A DNA stretch of 64,000 nt from Felis catus. Its lineage: Eukaryota. The notes under the pieces were generated by a model, which made no database searches, was not told where the DNA came from, and saw nothing but the letters and a program-made list of their open reading frames with translations. The first letter of the stretch is position 1; each line of letters begins with the position of its first letter. The stretch lies in NCBI RefSeq assembly GCF_018350175.1, contig NC_058368.1, positions 55,368,001 to 55,432,000 of the forward strand, written 5' to 3'. Positions 1-12,207 of the stretch are shown here, one piece after another. A program made the translations under genes and the position numbers.

Positions 1-160
1 AAAAGTTGGCATCTTGAAAAATTAAAATTAGATTATACCTTTGTGCATTAAGTTTTAAGAGATAAGAAAGGACATACTGACTCTAAAAGTTTCTGCAACC
101 GATATACAGCATTAAAAAAGAGTAACCATGTTGGTCTTCTTAATTCTGACTTTATTTTAG

Positions 161-218
161 TTGTAGTAAAAGATAATTTTAAGCAGATTGTCTTTAACGT
201 GCGGGCTGATGTTGACAG
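161..218 (+). other. Candidate spliced exon (unidentified transcript)
   Basis: TTTATTTTAG acceptor ends at 160 and a strong donor AG|GTGAGT follows at 219-224. One frame is open (VVKDNFKQIVFNVRADVD). Non-repetitive context. No protein recognised. Confidence 0.3.
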
Positions 219-606
219 GTGAGTAATGTACATGCATTTTGAGGGAGTGGCATGGGGAAGACAAATACAAGTAATTGTACTTTTAAGTTATTTGGGTTTT
301 ATTGTCATTTTTCTGGTCATTGTGTAATAATTTTGTGTACATTTACCAAACAGCTTTTTGACATAGCTTTTACTTTTCTTTCTTTCTTCTTTTTTTTTTT
401 TTTTTTGAGTTTACCTAATCATCAAAGAATGTGTCCTCTAGGTGTATGCCAACACAAAATAAATTGAAATAAAATAAGATAAATAAAATAAAATACTCAT
501 GGGCATTTTAACCTCCTCCTCAGTATTGTATAATCCTAGGAATAGTGAACACTGATGTTCTAAATATGCCCTGAGGAAGGAAGAGAACTAGGAGTACCTA
601 ATGACT

Positions 607-1140
607 GTGGCAGCTCTTGTCATGAGATGGCCTCTAATGAACTGCAAAACCTGGTATTCATCTTCTTTTATGGTCTCTTGCCATAGTGAAATTGATCTGG
701 CTCCGAGACTTACTTTAACCTACAGAGAGAGCAGAGGTAACACAGTGCCAACTATGGGACTAAATCTTAAGAAGGCACAGCAGGCAGCTTTTGCACTTTG
801 GGGAGCCTTGAGCTAACTAGTAAGAAGTCTTTCTTTGTTTTAGACACCTGTGGATAGAGTGTGTGGAGAAATCAAATGGAAACGAAGAGGCCCTGAGACT
901 ACACAGAAAGAGATCTAGCCATTTCAACATCCCAGGTGATCCTAAATCTCTAGCCCTTTTGTCTTGGAGGCAGGCAAATATGTAGAATCATCTTGGACAT
1001 CCCAGTCACCATCTGATTACGACTACATAAAAGACCCAAAGCAAAAACAACAGAACTGCCCAACTGAGTACAGATAGTAATGTGTGATTGTTTTAAGTCA
1101 CTAAGGTATGTGGTGGACTCAGCAGCCAATAATCAACGCA
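607..1140 (+). mobile_element. MaLR LTR (MLT1-type), old
   Basis: MLT1-like motifs (gaagaggccctgagactac, cagaactgcccaactgag) and 3' end ttgttttaagtcactaag. Boundaries approximate. Confidence 0.7.
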
Positions 1141-1429
1141 GTGATCCATGAATGTTGCCACAGCAAAAGAAGCCTGGTAACATAGAATTCTGGCTCATTA
1201 CATGCCTTATATCATTTTATTATTTAAACAACTGTACCACAGAGCTACTAATGATACTGAGTTATTATTAGAGATAAAGAAACTGAAGTTTATGGATTTT
1301 TTTGGTAACAGATATTAGACATGTTGAACCTACCTACATAGAACTCCAGTTACTGAAGACACAGTGAGCCCATTCACATATGCATAAAGCTGAAGAGATC
1401 ATATCACACTTCTGCTTTAAATTTCTGAG

Positions 1430-2210
1430 TTGTTTTACTTAATACTCAAAGTTAAATCCAAATCCTTACCTTGGTCTGCAAGACCCTGAATGATCTGCTT
1501 CTATGCAACCTCTCTACCTTCATTCCTAGTCTCTTCTCTATTCATCCCAGTTCCTATACCCATTTTCTGCCAATAGTTTCCTTATGGGCCCTAGAACAGT
1601 ACATTTCTGTCTTAGGCTTGTTCACTTTTGCTGTTTTCTCTACCAATAATAGCAACTAATTAAATTCCAGAGTACTTAGTATGTGCCAGTACAGGGTTTT
1701 AAGTTATTAATCCATTAATATTCAAAGAAACCCACAAGATATACTGCCTATTTGAAGAAACTGATACAGTTAAACTTATGAACCCTGCCAAGGTAAGGAA
1801 ATGAAAGGATCAAAATTTGACCACAGGCTCACCTGCCCCACAGTATCAACGTACCATGATAGAGCTGCCTAAAACACTCTTCCATTAGATATATGCTTGC
1901 CTTATTCCCCAACCTTCTTCAGGTCTTTGCTCAAATTTCATCTTGCCAGAGCACTGTTTTCCCTAATTTTACATAAAATAGAGTCCCTCCCATCTCTATA
2001 CACTTATCCTGCTTTATCTTTCTTCATAGCACCAATTGTCATTTGATTTGCTATGTATTTATTTATTCACCACCCATCTCTCTTCACACTAGAAATTTAA
2101 AGAGCAGGAGATATTTCTTTACTACTCATTTCTGACTTTCAGTGCCAAAAAAAAAAGTGCCAGGGAAATAATAGGCACTAAAATTAGTTGTCAAATAAAA
2201 AATATGAATA
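1430..2210 (+). mobile_element. L2 LINE 3' fragment interrupted by a MIR
   Basis: L2-like aaatccaaatccttacc...gaccctgaatgatctg, caggtctttgctcaaat and 3' end taggcactaaaattagttg. Confidence 0.6.
1644..1870 (-). mobile_element. MIR SINE relic
   Basis: aataatagc...tatgtgccag...gaagaaactga matches the reverse MIR core. Confidence 0.55.
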
Positions 2211-2667
2211 GAAGACTTAGGATTTGGATCCACTTTGCAGTCTGAATCCAGTTTGACCATACTCTGCTCCTGTATTTATCTTCTATCATTACTACAAATT
2301 GTTATTTAAGTATTAATTTGCATTTATATTTATCTTTTTGGCTCAAATATGTGTTAAGGCTTTGAGTATTGGAAACAATTTCTTATTTTTTTCTATATCC
2401 ACACATCATGCATAAGAGCAAATAAATCATTTCTTAAGAATATTTGACTCTCTTCATCAAACTCAGAATGAAAACTATGAATTCTAGTAAATAGCCACAT
2501 TGCAAGATAGGTATAAATCTTATTCTAACACTTAATAATATTAGCTAACATCTCTACCATCAATGTCATTGTAAAATGGGCATAGTGATATCAATGTCTA
2601 TAGTGTCTGCCTGCACATGGGTCATGGTACGTTATATCATGATTCAGTGAAAATATATGTCTACATA

Positions 2668-2670
<3 letters not shown>

Positions 2671-2710
<40 letters not shown>
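2671..2710. repeat. (CA)n microsatellite
   Basis: Perfect CA run. Confidence 0.98.
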
Positions 2711-2713
<3 letters not shown>

Positions 2714-2826
2714 TGCACATGCATATATATTTTTCCCCTCTTCATGGGACATTTAGTTTGGTACTAATTCACTCCTTACTGTCATGTCAGTTTAAAATTC
2801 TGACTGTCAATTTAATGGAACTTCTA

Positions 2827-3018
2827 GGAGCACCTGGGTGGCTCAGTCAGTTAAGTGTCCAACTTCGGCTCAGGTCATGATCTCACGGTTCACGAGTTCA
2901 AGCCTCGCATCAGGCTCTGTGCTGACAGCTTAGAGCATGGAGCCTGCTTTGGATTCTCTCTGCCCCTTACCCACTCACACTCTGTCTTTCTCTCAAAAAT
3001 AAACATTAAAAAATTTTT
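2827..3018 (+). mobile_element. CAN-SINE (SINEC_Fc-like)
   Basis: tRNA-derived head with A/B boxes, CT tract and A-rich tail. 18-bp TSD AATTTAATGGAACTTCTA at 2809-2826 and 3019-3036. Confidence 0.95.
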
Positions 3019-3183
3019 AATTTAATGGAACTTCTATAATGAATCATGCTTCTAAGTTTGTCGTGGCACAAAAGAAAAACATGAAAAATAATCAGAAAAA
3101 TAATGAAACTCCCAAATATAGAAAATGATAGAAATAAGCTTATATCAGAAGATGGCAGAAAAGCATGAAAGGGTTTTTTTCTT

Positions 3184-3216
<33 letters not shown>

Positions 3217-4033
3217 CCTCTCACATCCCTGAAATGCAGCTAGATTAACACCAAACCATCTTGCACACATAGACAACTGATTTGAGGATTAACACAACAA
3301 TCTGCACAACTTGGATCACAGAACTCAGCCGGTACAAGGTGTGGACAGGTGAACTGGGGGAGAGAAAAGCCACAGAGGGTAGGGAGATGTTTTTGCTTGC
3401 AGAGAAAGGATGGAGAGAGGGGGGAGAGTACAGGAAAAGCACTCCCCCAGAAAGCAGCTGTGGAGAAAGAGAGTAGGAACACCCATAAAGGAATGAACAA
3501 GAAAGGGAAAAAGGAGAAAGGACAGGGTTTAAGTACCATTAGAACTCTATTAACGGGGGAATGCAGAGTCTGGAACTCCAAAGCTCAATACCTGGTAGAG
3601 CTCTGGTGGAAAGGGCGAATCCCCAGGAGCAGACAGCAAGGTCGGAGGGGGTCCTCAGGCCACATGAGGAGAGGCGGTTCCCCTGCTGGGAGGACATTCA
3701 GTAAAGGCTATGTGGTCTCCCCACAGGTAAAGGTCCCAGTGGACCCCAGAGAATAGCCACATTCACTGATGTTGGAACAAAGAGTTAAGGGTGAAGCCTG
3801 TTGCCAGATGTGTGTTGTGATTTACCATAATCCCTGAAACACTGCTGCTACAAAATCACGTGAATTTTCTCTGGGGCGGCTGGCACCTGGCCACAGTCTC
3901 TGGGCATCTACAGTAGTGCAGTCTCCTGAACGTTCCTGAGGGTGGACCAGCACCTGGCCACTGCTCGGCAAGACACTCTGCCAGAGAGTTTGAGCATGTC
4001 AAAGCCACAGGGCTCTCAGAAGTGAGGGGTTTA

Positions 4034-4251
4034 GGGGCACCTGGGTGGCTAAGTAGGTTAAGCATCTGACTTCAGCTCAAGTCATGATCTTGCAGTTCCT
4101 GAGTTCGAGCCCCTCATCAGGTTCTATGTTGACAACTCAGAACCTGGAGCCTGCTTTGGATTCTGTGTCTCCTTCTTTCTCTGCCCACCCCCCACTTTCA
4201 TTCTGTCTCTCTCAAAATTGAATAAACATTAAAAAAATTTACGGAAAAAAA
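4034..4251 (+). mobile_element. CAN-SINE nested in L1 5'UTR
   Basis: Full SINE body. TSD AG(A/G)AGTGAGGGGTTT at 4018-4032 and 4252-4266. Confidence 0.95.
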
Positions 4252-5095
4252 AGGAGTGAGGGGTTTTGAAACACAACCCCATCAGATAAAACACAGAAGG
4301 GAGGTGCCACCTGATGGCTGACAGCTTGGTCGCAGACAGTATAGAAGCAGGAGGTGGATGGAAGCTGGAGACAAAGGACGGGTGCTTGATTGCCGGTGGA
4401 CCAGAGCAGAGAGTTCTGATATGAGAGACTGAGTAGCTGGATGATGCCATTTTCACCCCTCCTGCACATGTGCAAACACACATACACATGCCAAAAAATC
4501 CACCCCAGTAAACTAAGCAGCACCATCAAGTGGAGAATGTAGCCGTTACACCAAGCCCTGTCCAACTGGGCCAACAGTGCTCTACAGGAACACCACAAGT
4601 CTCTCTGTCTGCCTAGTTTAAGGACTATAAAGTGCTTCATAGTCTGTCTTCTAGGGTAAACTGGATGTAATTTCAATCATGTTTCATTCTGTTCGCTGGT
4701 CCATCTATTCAATTTTTTTCTTTTTCTTTTATTATTCTTGAATACAGAAAGAGAAAAAAATTTATTTTTATCTCCATTTTTATAAACAAGATTTTTCTTT
4801 AATTTTTTTCTAGTATATATTTTTTTACTTTTTTGCAAATTTCTAAAATTCTATTTTACTTTCTCATTTCATTTCATTCTATTTTATTGTATTCATTTTT
4901 TAAATTTTCAAACATTTTCCTTTTTTTCTTTTTCTTCTGTTCTTCCCTTTCCTTTTTTTCTCTATTCTATCAAGCTTTTCAACAAGACCAAAACACACCT
5001 AGGATTTAGCATCATTTATTTGATTTTTTGAGTTGTTTTTAACTTTTTAATTTTTATTTAATTTTTATTTTATTAATTCTTTTTCTTCCTTCAAA

Positions 5096-5669
5096 ATGAT
5101 GAAATGAAGGAATTCACCAAAAAAGAACAGGAAGAAATGACAGGGAGGGACTTACTCAACACAGATACAAGCAAGATGTCTGAACCAGAATTTAGAATCA
5201 GATAATAAGAATACTAGCCAGGATTGAAAAAGAGCATAGAACCCCTTTCTGTGGAGATAAAAGAAGTAAAATCTAGTCAGAACGAAATTAAAATGCTGTA
5301 ACTGAGCTGCAATCTCTAATAGATGCCACAGAAGCAAGGACAGATGAAGCAGAACAGTGAATCAGTGATACAGAGGACAAACTTATGGAGAAAAAGAAGC
5401 AGGAAAAAAAAGAGGGAAACTAAGGCAAGAGAGAACAATATAACAATTAGAGAACTCAGTGACTCATTAAAAAGGAATAACATCCAAATCATAGGGGTCC
5501 TAAGAGATGAAGAGAGAGAAAAAGGCATAGAAGGTTTACATGAGCAATCATAACAGAAAGCTTTCCTAACCTGGGGAAAGACACAGACATCAAAATCCAG
5601 GAAGCACAGAGAACTCCCATTAGATTCAACAAAACCCAGCAATCAACAAGGTGTATCATAGTCAAATTC
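5096..5669 (+). pseudogene. Degenerate L1 ORF1p N-terminal/coiled-coil/RRM start
   Basis: Peptides such as DLLNTDTSKMSEPEFRI and IRELSDSLKRNNIQIIGVLRDEEREKGIEGL (track ORF 5323-5553), with stops and frameshifts. Confidence 0.85.
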
Positions 5670-5699
5670 AGAAATAAGCTTATATCACATCCAAATAAA

Positions 5700-6870
5700 A
5701 GATTATATGGAAATAAAAATATATAGAATTATTTTGAAAATGAAAGAATGAGGTTAAAAAAAAACTATAACTAAAGTAGATAGTCCATCTGTTTGCTAAA
5801 TCAAAAAGAAGGCCAAAACTGACAAATTTCTAAGTGAGAATGGAAAAAAAAAATTCTGAACTACCCAGGAAAGTTTTTTTATTAAAAAAAATCCTTTGTT
5901 TAGAAATACAGATGAATTTGATGATTTTTCGGAGAAAAATACCAAAAATTAGCATCAAAACAGGCAGAAATAAAAGAGGACAGTTTCCAGGCAACTAACT
6001 GAGAAAGTTTTATAAGCACTGGTCCCAGATATTTTCACACATGAACTTTACCATTCTAGCAACACACAATTAGAATGGATTTTGTCTGGTTCAAGAGAAA
6101 GACAGAGAGAGAGGGAAAAGAGAATTAAAAAATAAAATTTTCCCTAGTTTATCTAACTAAATAACCAAACCTTTAGTACTTTAGAAAAGGAGATACTACA
6201 ACCAGATCTTAATCATTAATTTAACAAAAAATCATACCTTTAGTGCTTTAGAAAAGGAGATACCACAACCAGATCTTAATTATTAATTTTTATATGATAC
6301 TCAAAAATACTAACAGCCATTTTTCAACATTCACTTTCAAAACATACATTTTGTTGAACATGTGTACATATCTGTTCGTTTTATATTAGTATGGAATTTC
6401 AGTTATGGAATATGTACATCTTTAGCTTGTATAGATGTTCCCAAACTTTTCCAATAAAATTCATTGTATGTTCATACAGTGGGTTCTGTAGTGAAATATT
6501 ACATATTAATGGAAATAAACAAACTCCAGTTATACATGTGAGAACACAAATCAAAACACATGAAATCTTGTAAACACAGATGCAAGAGGGTAGAAAGTAT
6601 AGTCATTGCCAAAACTACTCTTTATTGTTAGAAGACAGGATTGGTGAGGTGACTATTATTTAGAAGGGAGCAAAGGGTGACTTCTGGGGTATTAGCACTA
6701 TGGCAATATTCAGTTTAATGAACTGGGTACAAGTTATGTATTCTTAGCTTGTGAAAATTAATGAGCAATACTTTTATACATATAACCTCAATAAATAATT
6801 TAAAAAATTAAATGTCTATACTTATATACATGCATTTGTGTGTAAAGACTTCAATTAAAAGGTTTTAAAA
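5700..6870 (+). mobile_element. Old L1M fragments (ORF2 remnants and L1ME-like 3'UTR)
   Basis: Degenerate ORF2 motifs (gatgaatttgatgattttt; ggtcccagatattttcacacatgaactttacca resembling PGPDGFTGEFYQ) and an L1ME-like 3' end. Confidence 0.5.
6169..6289 (+). repeat. 54-bp local direct duplication (period 67)
   Basis: 6169-6222 versus 6236-6289, 3 mismatches. Confidence 0.95.
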
Positions 6871-7847
6871 ATCCAAATGAAGTTTGATTTATTTTAGTAA
6901 CTAATAAAATATTTTGTATTAGAAGATATTTTACTAAAATTTACTGATATCCATATTAAGTCAAAAATGAAACAAAAATGAGAATATAAATGTCAGGAAA
7001 ATTTATAAACTTACTATTTTTTTCTTATTTTTTAATGGGCTTAATTCTCTTATCTGAACTCATGTTAGCCATGTATATTTTGGAATTCAAGTATTTTTTT
7101 GTTGGGGAAGGAACACATTTAAAAGTTATATGTACAGTCCCCAGCAAGATTTGCCATATTGTGTATTAATGAAACACATTTATATTTCTACATTGAAATT
7201 CATGAATATTTACAAAAAAATATATATTTTAAAGATACCAGGTAGCCTTAGAAATGACAATTCCCACTTGTCATGTTTTGGCTGCCAAATGGCTTATAAT
7301 AAAACTTTGATTTTTCAGAGCTACTGCAAGTGAGTCAGAATGAAAAATGAATAGAAAGTAAAATGACCAAAATGCATAATGCGCCAATTCATGGAAGCCA
7401 TAGCTGTGATCACTATGTATAAAAAGGGTCAACATCCCTGATATTCAGGAACATGCACACTAAGATTAATCTTACTTTCATTAATATTATTAAATTAAAA
7501 TTACTCACATATCCAGTGTAGCAAATGATGTGAGTATATTAACAATTTGATATGCATATTTATAAATAGCGTATGTTAATAAAATATCTTTCATGGTAGT
7601 GAGAGCCTTCCAATTCAATATTTTTACAGTAAGCATGCATTCATGGGCTGTACACATGAAAATAAAAAGGCAATGTGATCTTTTTGGTGACTTATAGAGA
7701 ACTAAGCCCTTGAGTTTAATTATCCTAATCAAATACTGGAAATGAACTAAATGATATTTCTATATCTCTTTATCTTTATTCATATATAATCCTGAAAAAA
7801 TTCCTCTTAGAAACCTCTCACTAATGGGAAGTAGTACATTTATTTTA

Positions 7848-8073
7848 TTTTATTTAAAAAAATTTTTTTAAACGTTTATTTATTTTTGAGACAGAGAGAG
7901 ACAGAGCATGAACAGGGGAGGGGCAGAGAGAGAGGGAGACACAGAATCTGAAACAGGCTCCAGGCTGTGAGCGGTCAGCACAGAGCCCAACGCGGGGCTC
8001 AAACTCACGGACCGTGAGATCATGACCTGAGCCGAACTCGGACGCTTAACCGACCGAGCCATCCAGGCGTCCC
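7848..8073 (-). mobile_element. CAN-SINE
   Basis: Reverse SINE body. TSD TGGGAAGT(AG/GA)TACATTTATTTTA at 7825-7847 and 8075-8097. Confidence 0.95.
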
Positions 8074-10014
8074 GTGGGAAGTGATACATTTATTTTAAAA
8101 TACTGAGCTGTTGAATGGCATAACCTACCAGGATATATGGCAATATTAATGCACAAAAACTTAATAGATTTCCTTAAATTGTATGAAAGCTAAAAGGTTT
8201 AAATGATAGCTTCTGTTTATTTCATTGTCCACTGGATTATTCCAGGAACAGGCATTGTTTATTGTCTCATCTTGCTGAACATTTAAAGTTTCTATTTCTC
8301 AAACCTATTTGAATTATTCCACATACCCTTGATGCATAAGTATAATGCAAAGCCTTAGTGAAGTTTATACACTGTTATTTACTGATCAAGAAGCAAACAA
8401 GCAAATAAAAAAAAATCACTGGCATTGTCCAACAATGATGACATGAAATAGAAGAATTATTATATGAACAATATATGTGAGAAAGAAGTATACATTTAGT
8501 ATATTTTTTAAAGCTAACCTCAGTGGGAGTAGAGCATCATTTTTACTCTTCCCAAAGCAAATCCATGTATTACTTTTCAAGTGCTGAGTTAAAGCTTATA
8601 AATACCTTACAGTAACTTAAACAGAAAACCGCAATGCTTACGTCTTCTAGAAGATGATCAGCTTTTGACAAGTTTTGAGAATGGTGAAATGATACTGTCA
8701 GAAAAATTGACCCAAAGAAGGCATGACATCAAGTGCTTTGAAGAATTAAGCAAGTGAAGATGAAGGACCATCAAAACTTGGGAAATCAAACAACAAATGC
8801 CACAGAAAAAAATTAATTACTAATTGCTTTAACTTCTAACAGTAAAGAACCTTCAAAAAAATATTGACAATTATAAATAACCCATGTTGAAATAAAGGAG
8901 AGTAATCCAAAAAGGTGAAACGTATCTTGAGATATTTTTCTCATGACAATAAGTAGCTATTAAGAAGTATACATGAGTACATAACAAAAGAAGAATAAAA
9001 AATAATGATACACATACCCTTTAAAACAATACCATATAGACTCACTTCAGAATGATTAATAATTTTAAGTATATGATAAGTACACACAATGTCTGTTGAA
9101 CATAAATAAGAATGTCATTTAATATATTTTAAATAACCACATTAAGGAGAAAATGCAGGCCTACTCAGCTATTTTACCTCTCTACCTCCACCAAGATAAT
9201 AGGTGTTTCATTGGCCAGTATTTAGCAAGCAACCTAAATAAATCAACAGCCAAAGTTAATAAAACATAAGTTAGTAAGTAATGGTTAATTGGAGGCAGGA
9301 GAGACAGAGAGAGGGTAAGAGAAAGAAACAAATTGAATAAAAAAATACTATTTGTTTCAAGTATAAGGCAATTATTTTTGGCAGGACAACAGGCCTGGTA
9401 AAGGTTCCAAAGGACTGATGTGAGGAATTTCCTTGTATTATAACATTGTAGTTAATGTTGTGACTTCTAGAAACAAGCCATTTGGGCTCACTACCTGTGT
9501 ATGCCAATTGCTTACTATATAACCATTTTCCTCTCAAAAGTCTGTGACCCTGAATTAGTCTCTTAAAAACAGTTTTTTCAAATTCTTCATTAAAATCATT
9601 AGGATTATATTTGTATGGCATTCTTCTGTTGTTAAAAATTCTAAAAGTGATCACTACCGAAGCAAATTAACGATGAATTTTTAATGATTTTTAAGCTGTA
9701 TTGCATACGTTTCTCTTGAAGCAAAAGAGCCAAGAAATCAAGTAAAAGATAATTTAAGCTGTCACTTTGATTTCATAGGACTACTAGTGTGCATTTATGT
9801 TTGTCATGCAGTAAAACTATAAGATAAGAAACTTGCATAAAAGGAAAGGTCGTGAATTTGTTACTTACTAACCTTTTTATATGCTTATTACTGATTTTAT
9901 TTTCTTTTTCAAAATATTTTTATGTGTTAAAAGCAATAGTAAGCAAACGACATTTTTTACTTGCTACAAGTTATTCCTTTATTTCAGTTTTCTTGGCTTT
10001 GAAGATAATGGGCA

Positions 10015-10232
10015 GGGAGCGCCTGGGTGGCTCAGTCGGTTAAGTGTCTGACTTCGCTCAGGTCATGATCTCACAGTTGGTGGGTTTGAGCCCTGCTTCA
10101 GGCTCTGTGCTGACAGCTCAGATCCTAGAGCCTACTTCAGATTCTGTGTCTCCCTCTCTCTCTGCCCCTCTCTGCTCATGCTCTGTCTCTCTCTCTCTTT
10201 CAAAATAAATATTAAAATTTTTTTTTAATTTA
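10015..10232 (+). mobile_element. CAN-SINE
   Basis: SINE body. TSD AAGATAATGGG(C/T)A at 10002-10014 and 10233-10245. Confidence 0.95.
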
Positions 10233-12207
10233 AAGATAATGGGTAAATAACTATTTATTATTTTCTCCCTATGATTATTTCATAAAGGCATAAGTTTTAT
10301 GTAAACTAACAAACAGCAGGTGTGTAGTTCTTAACAGAGCTATAAATTAAACTTTAATGAATAGATTCTTTTTACTCTCCCCAGCTCTACTTTAGTTTAT
10401 GTCCAATCATTAGATCTAAATAACTGAGGTTTGTATGGCCTTTGAAAATTACTTAATACATATTCAATTTCATTTTCTCCTTTTACTCATAGAGTTTAAG
10501 TAATTTGTTCCCAAGGTCATGATGTTGTTACGTTGTAAGTCTAGACATGAAACTTTCTGATGCTGAATTCTCACATCTTTGCTTTATATCTTTCTTAATC
10601 TGTCTAGGGTACCTCACAGACATGCAAAACGCTTGAAGTTCAAAATTAGGTATTATTGTTATAATGTTTTCTTAACCAAACCAGTCACAAAGTCACCTCC
10701 CAACTGTCCTTGTAATGCTTAACTACCCCCCTGCTTCCAGATCCATCTTCTCTCTTTTATCTTTGCTCTTCATACTTCCTATTGTCCTCTTAATTAGAAG
10801 TATCTCCATGTTTTTATAACATAAGGGCATCCTAACTCCACAGAGTCTCGTCTTCACCTCCAATGTATTTATCAAAATTTTATCCTGGATATAAATTCAG
10901 CACCCCTCATATCTCCCCCCAAAATGCAACTATGTATAAAATCTTGCAAATACCTCTTTAGAATTAACACTAAAGTCACTACTATTATCAGAACTCTCTA
11001 TTCTGCAGATACGGAATATAAGATTCAGGAAACTTATACATAGACACATTACACTTAAAAAGGAAAACTTTTGAAATAATGGATATGTCTCATATAATCT
11101 AGCAGAATAAGATTAGCTAGGATACATTGTGTGTTCAATTGAGGTTTTCTTTAGAGGAACTTCTCTCCCTAGGCTTAAGTTCTTCTACAGTGTGGAGAGC
11201 AGCAGGGTTTAGGTGTAAGAAGAAATGGTTGAAATGAGCAAGCATAAGGGTTCAGTCAGGTATGCAAACCAGACACAGTAGTACAGTCAGTTGTTGAGAA
11301 TCCTGCCAAAAGTTGAGTAGGTGATATATTGCACTACCTCAAAAGAGTAGGGGAGGGGAAGTTAAGGAAGGTGAGAGAAGAATATTGGGATGTAACACAG
11401 AAGGTTGTAGAACTGCATGGAATGGCTTGATAAAGTCAAGTGATAGATTTAGTGTAAGTAATTTAGTTTACAATTTGGAACAATAGAAAGTTTTGTTTAA
11501 GGACCAGAGAGTTTTAATTCAATATTTCATAATTAAATTGGTTGCTTCTTGTGAGAAGGTCTAGGCTATCATCATACTTTGGGTTCACAAACATACTCTG
11601 GAAGTTTAAGATCTAAGATGAGAAGATTAAGGAGCTAAGAGCCAAGATTTTACATGATGTTTAATGTAGGTAAAATCAGAGTTGCTAATTTACTCTGGGA
11701 TCATTACCCAATGCTGTCAAAAATATTTTAGAATTAAGCAATGCTGGCTAATTTTATTCTCCGTACTCTTAATAGTTAGAAGTATCTTATGTACACCTTT
11801 ATTCATTTATCTGACAATAATTTGTATTTTTACCTTAGCTGCTATTTTGGATCACCATATTTTAGGTGAAATCATGAGTAATGATGCCTATTGGGAATAG
11901 TCTCAAGTAACAAAATATGTAGCTGACCATCATAATATGCTTAGAGATCCAAAAAAGAAATAAAAAAGAATATCTCTAGTAGCCAAGAACTACTAATGAC
12001 TTCCATTATTAGTTGTTTTCAAAGACCATTTCCACTTACCACTTGATATATACACAAATGAGAAAGGTTGCCCTTTGCTTTTCTGAAAGCTGGTATGTAA
12101 TGTTATCTTACTCTTTACATGGATGAATTCATCATTTACACAAGAGAATTTAGCCTGTTCTTCATTCCAAAGTATTATGAAGGAAAAGTAATTTTTTCTT
12201 GTATCCC

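Larger units (their letters stand above)
3148..5669 (+). mobile_element. Carnivore LINE-1: 5'UTR plus partial ORF1, 3'-truncated
   Basis: Starts GAAGATGGC (L1 5'/YY1 motif), has a GC-richer 5'UTR, and a degenerate ORF1 from ATG 5096. Flanked by the direct repeat AGAAATAAGCTTATATCA (3130-3147, 5670-5687). Confidence 0.9.

Noticed and set aside
2827..2910. tRNA-like A/B-box sequences
   Set aside because: These are heads of tRNA-derived SINEs, followed by a CT tract, tail and TSD. They are not tRNA genes.
3240..4676. Longest ORFs in the track (113-145 aa)
   Set aside because: They lie in the L1 5'UTR and a nested SINE, overlap on both strands, and show no recognisable domain.
6169..6289. Repeat-spacer-repeat pattern resembling CRISPR
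   Set aside because: Only two copies, eukaryotic context, no cas genes.
7880..8089. Recurrent ORFs of the type AQVMISRSVSSSPASGSVLTAQSLEP (also 16596, 18781, 46685, 50040, 58786)
   Set aside because: Translations of the CAN-SINE consensus, not a gene family.
9271..9654. 127-aa minus-strand ORF in non-SINE sequence
   Set aside because: Non-ATG start, low-complexity composition, no domain or splice support.
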